DNA of 56,902 nucleotides, filler included, from Catajapyx aquilonaris (Eukaryota): the NCBI GenBank assembly GCA_000934665.2. It is 4 parts of 4 records of this genome, joined end to end, with 100 filler letters (N's around TTAATTAATTAA, not from the genome) between each part and the next. Parts side by side here need not be neighbours in the genome. Positions count along the whole stretch, not along the records: positions 28,483 to 42,619 come from JYFJ02007870.1; positions 42,720 to 56,902 come from JYFJ02007871.1; 2 more parts are not named here. One strand, given 5' to 3'. The position numbers and the translations under genes are program-made. Below the pieces are notes generated by a model. The model searched no databases. It had not been told where the DNA came from and was given only the letters and a program-made list of their open reading frames with translations. Shown one piece after another: positions 38,650 through 49,748 of this stretch; position 1 is the stretch's first letter; each line of letters begins with the position of its first letter.

Positions 38650-40711
38650 CGTCACTTCCTCCTGCTCGAACAAAGTAGTGGTCACAGTTCAAGTGTTTCA
38701 ATCTGAGAGTACCACTTAAAGTACCGTATCTTATGAATATAAGTGACAGTATATTTTAACACGTATTTCCGCTCTAACGTTATGGAAACTCCTATTGGAA
38801 TACATCTTACAGCAATACTCCCGAATTATGGTAATGTCTCTGTCCTATTGATTAGTAGGCCTACTGCGCCTCAAGTGCAGGCCTTAACCTGTCAAACACA
38901 GTAGGCAATCAGTGATTCAATAGCAGTATATTCAAGATAATTGCAGGTTTTACATTCTCTCCCCACAATATAATTATTATTTCACATCTTCGAGAGTCAC
39001 AACTACGAACTGTCACTTTCCCAGTGTGATACAAATGCTGGGCTTACCTCCTGCGTTGGATTTGGGGTGTTGGGTTTCTGTGACATCCCTCTTGTGGTCA
39101 GGGGTTGATTTACCAGCCAAAAAAGTATGTCAACGCTTAAAAGGGGGTTTGTTTAATTGGCGATTCCTTGGCAACGGGCAAATGACAATATACAATCATG
39201 GTAGACAATCACCCTATGGGTATGGGTAGTATATGGCACCATTAGGGATGAAAATATGATGCCCGAAAACCTACGGCTAAATGGTAAAACCGCGATCTTG
39301 GTAATGATGTGATGTACTACAAGAGTCCATATGAAAGGATCTATTTCGGAAATGATTTTGCTGTGTACGGCCATGATTTTAATGGCTGCTGTGCTGTGCC
39401 TAGTAGGCCTACTTAATATTTTATGAAAGACTTAAACTCAGATTTTATATATTGTATAAACATGTTCTGTTCCCTGAATTTAGAAACTATGCGTTGGAAC
39501 TTAGCTATAATAAGTTATTTTATCGCCTTTCAATATTAATAATGGTCAAAGAAGTCCCTAGAAAATTTCAGATATTTCTAATTGTTTAATTTTAATTTTT
39601 ATTGAAATAAGTAGGCTATTACGTCCACTTTTATGTACCACTTATATTTTATTTATTTTATTCACCATTTTTAATCACCTGTGGCTATATCATGGCTATG
39701 ACATGATGTCACAACTTATTTTTATGTCAGATAATTCAATATGACTTTTGTGTCAAATATACTACCGGTATCCTTGACCGGTATACGATATATTTTGATT
39801 GACATTTACACTGGTTACTTAAAAAGTGATGCTGGAGGTAATTATTTTCATAGGAACCGTTACGTGATGTAGCGAAGTGGTTTATGCTTGCGACGTCCAA
39901 TTTCTTCATGGTAAGGAAGATCTGTATATAAACTATATTTTTGTGGGCGTTTCAGACACCTGTATACGTAGTACTACCTTTCAATTCATGCCTGGGCAAG
40001 TACCTGGGCCGTTCCATGGAATTTGAAACCATGGCTAATTTCTTAAAGTTTTAAATACTGAAAAATTGCGTTACCATCATTAATTAAGGTACAGATTGTG
40101 CTCTTTCCAATGGCATTATTTATATTTGTGTCAAAAATATCTAGGATTATAATTGACTATTTGAAGTGTAGTACGTAAAGGAATGTTCATTTTCGTATAT
40201 TCAGCATTTGTCTTTTTGAGAATTAATTACACTCTCAATGATTATTTTTAAAAATTTCTAATATAGCAACCCAATTTTAACACATACACGTACTATTACA
40301 TAACACTTCAAAATTTATCATTATACTTGTATCATTCTCATTCCTGCATGCTATTCATCTTCCATTGAATAAATAAAAAGTCAATGTCACATACGTGATA
40401 GAAACTTGCAATTATTCCCCCCCCCCCCCCCAAGCCCGAAAGGGCATCACGGGGGTAGACAAATAAACTTGCAATTATTGTTCATGTTGTGTACACATAC
40501 CTACACGGAGTATAATCTACGGTACTATAGGCGACATCAAAACCCGGGATGGGGATCAGATAAACCAGTGTCGCATTTGACTCGTCTGTGCTATCGGTTT
40601 CGTGACACCTGGGATAGGTACGAATTCGCCGCAAGAAAAATATCATATTTGTTTGATCCAGGTGCGACAATCAATGTGATTTGCAGAGGAGTCAACGTGG
40701 CCTAGAACTCG

Positions 40712-40990
40712 CCATGGAATCGGAAAACAAGGCGATGTCCACAGGGGTTTCCGGAGTGGTCCAAAAGGGGGGGGGGGGGGTCAAGGACGCCGCTCCCATT
40801 CGTCACGCGTTACTCGTATCGGATTAGTGACATCTTGTATCGTCAGGGATTCGCCAGGCGCACCTACCATCCGAGTTTGGTGCGCCTGCGACGCGACGCT
40901 CCGTTTGGCGTACAGCGAGGCTCATAGCAACAAGTGCATAAGTGCCAAGTCATTCTGAGTGGACATCGCCTGGTTTTCCGATTCCATGGT
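40712..40990. mobile_element. MITE with ~30 bp inverted ends
   Basis: CCATGGAATCGGAAAACAAGGCGATGTCCAC ... GTGGACATCGCCTGGTTTTCCGATTCCATGG. Confidence 0.65.
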
Positions 40991-41125
40991 TCAATTACAA
41001 TACCGTACTATTAAAGAGCATAAGATATTCTACATGGCTGTAATATCTAAATAGGCCTACTTGTGTGCATCAACAGATTCACTAAAACATGACCAGTCTG
41101 CCTCCAATAAATTACTCTATTATAA

Positions 41126-41243
41126 AGGTGCGTTTACATGTGAGCGATGACATCGCTCACATGTATTGTTACTTTCGCCCCATTTGGATTCATCGCTCGA
41201 CGATGACATCGCGCGATCAAATCGCTCGCATGTAAACGCACCT
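41126..41243. mobile_element. Harbinger-type MITE
   Basis: TAA|AGGTGCGTTTACATG ... CATGTAAACGCACCT|TAA. Confidence 0.8.
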
Positions 41244-41246
41244 TAA

Positions 41247-42164
41247 CCCTTTGCTGCCTACGGCCATCATATGATGTCCGGAGATTTGCCCTGCCAACTT
41301 GGGTCATTTTTCAACGCAAAAAATTTCAACCTCACCGATTTTCTTGAAATTCGGTGCATTGGTAGCCCACCCCAAGGGATGAAAAACGCACCTATAGTTA
41401 CCTGATCAAAATGACCTCGTGACCCAATTTTGAGGGGGGCAGAGGTCAAATTTCGACCTCACCGGATTTTTTTTCAAATTCGGTGCATTGGTAGCCCACA
41501 CCAAGGGATGAAAAACGCACCTATAGTGACCTGGTCAAAATGACCTCGTGACCCAATTTTGAGGGGGGCAGAGGTCAAATCATAAAATTCCGACCTCGCC
41601 GATTTTCTTCAAATTCGGTCAATTGGTAGCCCACCCCAAGGGATGAAAAACGCACCTATAGTGACCTGATGAAAGTGACCCTGTGACCCAATTTTGAGTG
41701 GGGCAGAGGTCAAATCATAAAATTCCGACCTCGCCGATTATCTTCAAATTCGGTGCATTAGTAGCCCACACCAAGGGATGACAAACCCACCTATAGTTCC
41801 CTGCTCGACATGACCCTGTGACCCATATTGGAGGGGACCTATGTCAATGCGCCGAATTTCAAAAAAATTTGTGACTGGCACTTGCAAAGTCTGCCTTGTG
41901 ATTCACTAAGGCGGGTAGTACGTGTACGCAAAAAATGTAAGTGTGTATAACCTTGGTATAACCCCCGAATTTCAAGAAAATCGGTGAGGTTGGAATTTGA
42001 CCTCTGCCCCCCTCAAAATTGGGTCACGAGGTCATTTTGATCAGGTAACTATAGGTGCGTTTTTCATCCCTTGGGGTGGGCTACCAATGCACCGAATTTC
42101 AAGAAAATCGGCGAGGTCATAAAATTTTCGGAAAAGGGGGAAAAAAAACTCCGTCATCAAAGGG
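41247..42164. mobile_element. piggyBac-like element carrying an internal ~127-136 bp tandem array
   Basis: TTAA|CCCTTTGCTGCC ... GTCATCAAAGGG|TTAA; four direct units at about 41321-41860 and one inverted unit at about 41965-42118. Confidence 0.8.
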
Positions 42165-42195
42165 TTAAGTGTTGGCAATATTGCACTACCTTATA

Positions 42196-42619
42196 CAAGG
42201 TGCAGTCATTAAGTTCGAAGCCCGAATTAAATCTCGGCTCCCATTTAACATATCACGGCCAAATATTTATGGCACATCGAGAGACTCTTTAGGGTGCAGA
42301 GGGAAAAAAACTAGGGCGCTGGCTCATATTCGATAATAGTTCTGGTCGTTTTCCCGAGAGGGCGCGCGGGAGTTCGGCGATGAGAATAAATAACACAAAA
42401 TGGCGCCTGAGCGGAGGTTTGAGGAGCAACGCAACTCAATCAAATTTTGTGTGTTGCTGGGCCATACTCCCCAGGAAACACTGGGCATGTTGAGGAAGGC
42501 ATACGGCAAATGTGCTGCTCTCTCATGGCCGGCTGTAAAATGGTGGCATCGGCGTTTCCGGGAGGGCCGAGAGACAACATCGGACAATCCTCGCAGCGGG
42601 CGGCCCATCACTAGTCGAG
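42196..42619 (+). mobile_element. Mariner transposon 5' end with transposase start (ORF from 42400), truncated by contig end
   Basis: TA|CAAGGTGCAGTCATTAAGTT terminus; EQRNSIKFCVLLGHTPQETLGMLRKAYG...VKWWHRRFREGRETTSDNPRSGRP is a Mos1-like HTH with the RSGRP linker. Confidence 0.92.
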
Positions 42620-42719
42620 NNNNNNNNNNNNNNNNNNNNNNNNNNNNNNNNNNNNNNNNNNNNTTAATTAATTAANNNNNNNNNNNNNNNNNNNNNNNNN
42701 NNNNNNNNNNNNNNNNNNN
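42620..42719. other. Artificial contig linker
   Basis: N44-TTAATTAATTAA-N44. Confidence 0.97.
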
Positions 42720-42764
42720 GATGTCGGCTGCAAATTTTTTTTTCTTTGCCTGACCACAACCGAA

Positions 42765-43042
42765 GAAGCCCCGGGATTAGATCCCAGGACCCTTCGATCG
42801 AGAGTCCGACGCGTTTCCACAGAACCACGCTCTGCTTCAACGAAACTGTGGGTGGCAAGAAGGTCTAGCCTATTTACCAGATGCACTTCAAAGAGTAATA
42901 AATGTAAGATGCGAGATGAAGTCAGGCAGAGACAAAGGGTCCATAGCGATAAAAAGAAACGCCGCCTTTTTTTCAGGATTCGATCCTTCAACCTTCAGGT
43001 TACGAAGAGAGAGTCTTAACCACTAGACCACTGCGCTACTTC
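42765..43042 (-). repeat. Two tandem degenerate tRNA-like modules (42765-42838 and 42973-43042)
   Basis: Each starts GAAG, has an A-box-like TGGT...TGG and a B-box-like GGATC(G/T)AATCC, and is followed by an A-run. The cloverleafs are imperfect. Confidence 0.5.
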
Positions 43043-44789
43043 GATAGTGACACTCTCTCCAGCATGTACTTATTGTAAAGAAAGGGCGCCACAAAATTCA
43101 ACAATCCCTATAAAATATTTGATTTAGGTTACAATTTTCATCCTTATTAGTGTGTTAAGTAAAAGAATGTGATAATTTGTGTTTCAGTTATATTAAGTAA
43201 AAAAGGCATATTCATTATACAGTATGTTATCAGAAACCATTATTTTCGCGGCTTTTCCAGTTTTCCCCGCCACTTTTTCCTTTTCGGTTTGGATTCCCTA
43301 TTTTTACAACACAAAATGTAGCCATCAAGTCGATCAAGGCTTACATGCTATCAGGGGAGTCAAAGGTTGTGTATACTCCTTAAGTACTCCTTAGGTACTC
43401 CCAGGTACTCCTTGATACTCCTTGAATTTGGTACTCCGGTGTACATTTTACAGTCGAGTGGGTACCCCCTCGTATAACTTATTACTTCAAAAGCTGACCG
43501 GAATTCTGCCTGATCTGATGAGGACTTATTATTGCTTTTTGACGGATAATTCTTTCTTCTTACTGCTGCCCCGACTATAGAATCCTTCTCCTTTCTCTAC
43601 CATCCGATATAAAATCCGAAGTCATAGCACTACAGTAAGCCAATATTACTTTCGTCTGGGGTGATCCATCCGACAACCGATATTGCTATCCTGCTTCAAC
43701 CTTGAAGTGTGGAATTTGGTAGGCACTTTGGAGATGTCGCAGTGACGGTGTCATAGCCCCTAGCAATCCCCATCTTCGTTCCCTCTTTCCAAATATGTGA
43801 GGTTGTAGAGAGAAAAAAATTCTCTCCTCTTATTTGTACAGTACAATGTGAGACTATACTTCCCTAAGGGCGTTCCTAAGGGCTGGTAATCGTGGTTAAT
43901 TTTTATAGGATTTAATCGTAATTATTTGAATACGTCAACCATGCAACGACATTGGTGTCAGTCCCCTTTGGTGATTTTGTTAGAACACACCAGCAGGATC
44001 GAAAACAACATTGATCAGGTATTGATGTGCTAATCTTGTCGTAAACAAAACCAGACTCCAGACTCATTAAGAACCCTTATCTGAAATGCCTGAGGGGAAA
44101 ACGCATAGTAAAGGGTCTTTAAAATGTACAGTACTTGCCGGTGTTTATCCTGCATAGTATATTGAAAATGAAGTTCCATTCACCTATTAAAGAAGCATGA
44201 AAGAGGGATATGAAAAATATTTGGTGCTCTGTAGAGAGAATTTTTTTTATTTCATCATCAGACGACAAAGCAGTAATACCTTGCCATGTAATTGTAACTG
44301 ATCACTGATGTGAAATTATGTGGAAGAAGAAGCATTTTTTAACTTAACTGTTAAGTACAGAAAGTTTTAGAGAACTAAAGATTCATACAAGCCACTGCTA
44401 TTATACTGTGACATGCCCATTAGGAACTATTCATGTAGGCCCTAAGCGTTATTACTCCCGTTACAAGTGGCGCATCTGGATCTAATCCCACTTACAGTGA
44501 GGAAAGTAACTGTCCAATGAACAACCCTCTCATGGTGCATTTCACAATTCTATATGTGCAGGGCTTGTTTGCAAGATTGATTATGTATACTAATTTTAGT
44601 TACACTCAATCTTTTTAGAAATAGTTTAGCACTAGAATCTAATATGGTGCTGCTCTGAAAAAAAAATTGGTGTTTATAAAAGATGGCCTTTAGAATACAG
44701 TGTCTGATTTTTCATTTCTCCACCGTAAATTGTGACGAGATCTAAAACATATACCGGTACGGTATGTATGAAAGACGTGACATTCGGCA

Positions 44790-44864
44790 GTGCCCTCACC
44801 AGGAATCGAACCCGGGACCTCCAGCATCGTTGCTGTTGCTCTTCCAACTGAGCTATGAAAGCAC
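44790..44864 (-). pseudogene. tRNA-like sequence with aberrant anticodon loop (tRNA pseudogene or SINE head)
   Basis: Acceptor-like stem GTGCTTTC/GAGGGCAC, D arm GCTCAGTTGGAAGAGC, T arm CCGGGTTCGATTCCTGG, but the anticodon arm CAGCA-ACGA-TGCTG has a 4-nt loop. Confidence 0.65.
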
Positions 44865-45177
44865 ATTGACACCAAGTAGATCCTACACTATTTGTTTCGC
44901 TCACACACAAAATTACGACCAATGAAGAACCACACAGATAAAATGTTGTCGGATTAAGGTGGTACGTAGGGGGGTACAGGGTACCGGTAAGAATTTCTTA
45001 TGGTTCTAGTATTCCTCTGATTTCAACCAGATAATAACCTGCAGCCATGTTGGAATATAATGTAACCACCTCTTTTGGTTTCACCCCCTGTACCTTTATC
45101 CCGACAGCACTGAACCTTGGAGAAAGAACAACCGGACAGAGCATTGTAGAGGCCATCATTTATGGTCAAACACCTGC

Positions 45178-45991
45178 TTACTTCTTCTTCCCCAAAAAGC
45201 GCATGTTGGTAAAAATGGTTCGGGCAGGTCTGCGCCGATTACAGAAAGTGACAATGCGATCAGTGTTTCCCATCTGGGAATCGTGCAGTGCCAGAAGCAA
45301 GTTGTACACTTCGTGGCGACTAGGGTTGCAGGCGTAGCCATGCTTCTTCCCCTGGCGCTTTCGAGGGTTGACGGAACGGTACAGGTTGTACCAACGTTTC
45401 ACCATTAGCAGCTCGGAAGGGTCGTCTTCTTCGCCCTCCTCGTCTTCCTCGTCGTCCTGCACGTACACCACGGGGATGTCACCCATCAGGTATTGCAGAA
45501 GCACGACGGACTTGTCCAGATCGTTGGGCTTCTCGTCCATGGGGGACAAGGCGCCACCTAGGATATTGCACTTTGCAGTTATGATTATGAACTTGAAATA
45601 AATGCGATTGGGTAATGTAGGATAGGAGCTGTCACCAGAGTTTTAGCTAATATGTATGACGTAAGAGGACAAATCGCGTTTTCAAAATGCCCTGAGCAGT
45701 TCTATCATCATGTTATGATTGCCTCCAAGGCTGGATAATACTTACACTCCCAGGGAAACTCCCGGAGCATATCCCCGCTCCAGAGGTAAAATCCTGACGT
45801 AACACCGCTATACAGTGTGTGATATGGTGTGTGTTTATTTAAGCCAGTTGTGACGAGACTAACAGTAAGTTTAAAACAGAAATTGACATCATAATTATTG
45901 CCTGTACCGGTTTGTATTTTTCAGTCATTCTTCGTCATCACATTCTTGGATTATAAGGAGATGAAATGATTATAAGGATAATGAATGAATG

Positions 45992-46073
<82 letters not shown>

Positions 46074-49014
46074 AGTAATAATAGGCGGTAAATTCCTACT
46101 TGGAATTTCCAACCTGCAGATCAGAAGACCTTGACCTCTCCACCCTTTTTAAGAGTTGCGTAATTGGTGGTTGTTTGGGGGCCGGGGGGGGGGGGGNGGG
46201 GTGTCAGACTATTTTTTAACTGGGCGTGCCTCCCAGTATTCATAATTACACAGAGTCTACAAAATTAAATGTCCGTTTCATTTAGCGATTTCTGGCAAAG
46301 AATCTGATTATACTTGCGCAATACATTTGAAGTAGTTAATTTAGTGGTTATCAAAAGTAGCTGATAATATGTAACCGAATTGAGTTACCTATACGCCATA
46401 CGCCAAGCTTTGATTTTCAATAGTATTCGATTGGAAATGGCCCATTGGAGCAATTGGCACCAAATTCTTATGGTTGATACTATTATTTTGCAGGCTAGAC
46501 TCCTTGCAGGTGTTAAAAAGAATAGACTCAATAGAGTTGTATGATTTAATATTAGCAGCTAATGCTTTTGGTCGCCATTAAAAGTTACCACTAAAAATAA
46601 ACATATTAGTGCAAAAATAGCTAACTGAAACTATTAACTGGACCACCCTGTATACACTACAGTTATATTGCATTGATGATAATTGCAGTAGCCTATAGTA
46701 CATATAGTAAGACATTCCTTGGCGAAACATGGAAGAAAGTGGCAATTACTATTACCATTAGCTCTTGCTATTACGTTACATCTCTCTGATGCCCTTCAAG
46801 CTATACACATAACTTACATCGATAAAAAGGCTTTATTTCAACTGCGTTTTGTGTTCTATTATTAGACGAATTTGAAATTAGCCAACTGTTATTGTTTGCG
46901 TCATCAGCTCATCACATACATGTGGACCGCCTGGATTCTTGGGTATGCCACAGAGCGCTTCCATATTGATTTGTCAGTTCGCCTATAAATCAGAATCAAC
47001 GGCAACTTAAAGCCTTGTATTAATGCTATTTTTAGGTTATTCTGTAGACAATGTCTAGACGAGGAAACATTTATGGAATTAACATTTAATTGGAATAGAG
47101 CACTAAGCCATACACAGATAATGCCAAATGCGTGGTTATAGAGGATGTGTAGCCTTAGGTGATGAGAAAGTATGTTTGGATACAAGAGCACAGTAATGAT
47201 GTACTTACTGCGACTCTATACGAAAGATCACTAAACTGTATAATGTGGGTTGAAAGTAGGATGAAATATTTTTTTAAAGGGCTACCACAGGGGTCAGGTC
47301 ACTTTCAGCTTTTTCTTTAAAGGTCGTTAAAACTTGATAAGGTTACAGTTGATGAAAATAGCTAGCTTTATTCAGGTCAGAATTTTGGAGAGCCGACTAA
47401 AAATATACACGATCTTGCTATTGAATGGTGCAATAGGGACAGATACTGGGTAAGAAGATTTTAATCGCCTTATTGATAAAAATGGCATTGGAAATAGCTT
47501 CTTTGCCAATGTTTCAGAGAAAAATTTGTAAATTATATGGTGGCTGAAGCCTAGAAAGTGTATCTCTACAGGGTGTATCTGAACTCAGTGCCCCGACGTA
47601 TATGACTGCCTTCCTAGCCACCAGAGGATCGATTTAAGTATAGGAGTCATATGTCTGGGCAGCCTCATTACGGAGATAATTGGCCGCAAACATGTAGTAC
47701 AAAATATCCTGTCGGTTAGGCCACCCATCGAACCCTCCCCCAGTCAGAAGGCTCTGGAAGGTCTGGGGGCGGGACTTTGTTGGTTTGTTGCCCACAGGTG
47801 GTAAGGCCTCTTTGGCTAGTTACACCAGAAAATTCTATTTAAAAGTCAGAAGGAGCGATTAGGCAAAAATCGCTAAAGAGTGTATCTCCGTAATGCGGCG
47901 GCCAAATATAATGATTCCTATACTTAAATCGATCCTCTGGTGGCTAGGAAGTCAGTCATATACCTCGGGGCACTGAGTTCAGATACACCCTGTATAGAAC
48001 CTGAGCTTTGGATATATTACAGTAGGCCTACTAAAAATATGGCGTAGCCAAAAGTCCTTTGTTCTTACAGTAGTATGCGAGCTCGACTTTGGCGTCGTAC
48101 TTTTCTCGGGACATTTCATTTCAATATATTACATCCTGTAATTATTTATGTCTCAGTTTTTACTGTTATGTAGCCTACATGGGGGTTATTCCCTGTGTTC
48201 ATATTTGCCCGAATAATTTTGAAGAGAGAAGGATTTATCACCACCAACTCAATCGCCTCTCCGAAAAGTACAAGTTCTCACACGATTTCAAAATGCCAAC
48301 CGCGCTGGTAATACACTTACGAATATAGGAACAAGCTGCATTAACATATTTAGAAGTGAAATGTAAATCCCAGACAAACTTGCTTCGTTAAGGGCAAGTT
48401 TTCCTCCCTACACCATGAACTTATGGAAAGTTATGCAGAACTATATACTGTACTCGCTTCAAAATACAGTAGTAATAACGGTGAACCGTGAACACAATTC
48501 GCACAACACAGTGTATAAGCATCATACCCTGAAGTTAAATTTTGATAAGTGAACGCATGGGCTCACCTTGAAAGCTTGATAATCTATATAAATAAAGCCG
48601 TTTGTGAGTCTGTCTGTCTGTCTGTCTGTCTGTCCGCCTGCCAACCGTCATTTGCCTGCCGTCTGTGCTCCACTCCCAGACTGGGAGAGGATGAAGGTGT
48701 TGGGGGTTGACTACAAGATGGCAGGCAAATGACGGCTGCCGTTATACAGGCGGGAGAGGTTGAAGGTGGAGTAGCAGGACCACAGATGGCATTAGTGGGC
48801 GGACACACAGAACGACAGACAGTTCACGAGGCTACTGGCAGGTGTTTTCCCTTCATTCATTTCTTCCCGGGCAACGCCGGGTGCCGCAGCTAGTAAATTA
48901 TGTGATAAAAGACTTGCCCACAGGATTCCGCACAGCGTTGATGGCAATGGCACTAGAGCAGCACCTGAAGAGGTACAGGCAAGCCACCATCACGAGGCAG
49001 AATGTGGAGGCCAT
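45178..49014 (-). CDS. RFLa: RFLamide neuropeptide precursor, 2 coding exons (49014-48918, 45557-45178), 158 aa
   Basis: Signal peptide MASTFCLVMVACLYLFRCCSSA; phase-1 intron G|GCAAGT...CCTAG|GT; basic cleavage sites KR, RKR, KK and RRR. The C-terminus GYACNPSRHEVYNLLLALH...VTFCNRRRPARTIFTNMRFLGKKK* matches the RFLamide precursor pattern (PASAIFTNIRFLamide type). Confidence 0.88.
45996..46071. repeat. (AAT)n microsatellite
   Basis: Directly visible trinucleotide run. Confidence 0.95.
47569..47992. mobile_element. Tc1/mariner-type MITE with long inverted ends
   Basis: TA|CAGGGTGTATCTGAACTCAGTGCCCCGA ... TCGGGGCACTGAGTTCAGATACACCCTG|TA. Confidence 0.88.
48583..48893 (+). mobile_element. Short non-autonomous Helitron
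   Basis: A|TCTATATAAATAAAG, (TCTG)n near the 5' end, 3' hairpin CCCGGGCAACGCCGGG then CTAG|T. Confidence 0.85.
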
Positions 49015-49499
49015 GATTGTCTACTCCAACGTGCTCTTCGCCTAGAATCAAATAGTGAATTCAGTTGTACAGAAGTCAATATTATTGAACCTTGTGATTT
49101 TGAACTCAAAACCACTTACAACCAGAGCAAAGACCCTCCAACTCCAGGCGGACACCCCAAGCATCTGATTATTTATAGCATGGGAATAAACACGAAAAGG
49201 GGGGGGATTTCCATCCACTCATAATTACGCGATCACTACTAGCGGTATGGATCCATTAATGACCCGGTAGAGATATAGGGTGTGATTGGAGGGTGGCATG
49301 CCGATCATGGCATGCGGCTTCAACTGTGTCCATTTTTGGCCTAACAATGAGGCATGTCTTTCGTGACGCAATGCACCCTGTACATCACTCACGCATAGCC
49401 TACATCTCAAGAGTTCAACGCACGAGCGTACCATCTGATGTATAAGAATTGACAATAATTCATTCAAGTCCTATAATTATGTCAAAGGTTGTTGAGGAA

Positions 49500-49748
49500 A
49501 AAATCGTGAGCATACCAGTGAAAATAATACAAGAAGTCCAAAAAACCAGTTTCAAGATAATCGAAGGCAACTTGCAATAATTTATTGCTTACATACTAGA
49601 GATGACAGAAAATTCTAGATTGCTGGCTCCTTACGAATTTTTAGGCTTATATTATGGATTTCACTAGGGGATTTAAAATATTACTTACTGTTAGTGTAAG
49701 TAACTCAAAATGCTAAAATTGGACTTTCACTAGTGTGCTCACGATATT
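49500..49748. mobile_element. Degenerate MITE
   Basis: ATCGTGAGCATACCAGTGAAA ... TTTCACTAGTGTGCTCACGAT. Confidence 0.5.

Noticed and set aside
41321..41860. Regularly spaced repeats resembling a CRISPR array
   Set aside because: Whole ~130-bp units are repeated with no unique spacers, there are no cas genes, and the array sits within a eukaryotic transposon.
43514..43560. Hammerhead ribozyme core CTGATGA
   Set aside because: No stem II followed by GAAA and no flanking helices are visible.
45040..45181. Extra coding exon after the RFLamide peptide via AA|GTAAGC
   Set aside because: An in-frame splice is possible, but GKKK-stop is already a complete amidation terminus; unsupported without transcript data.
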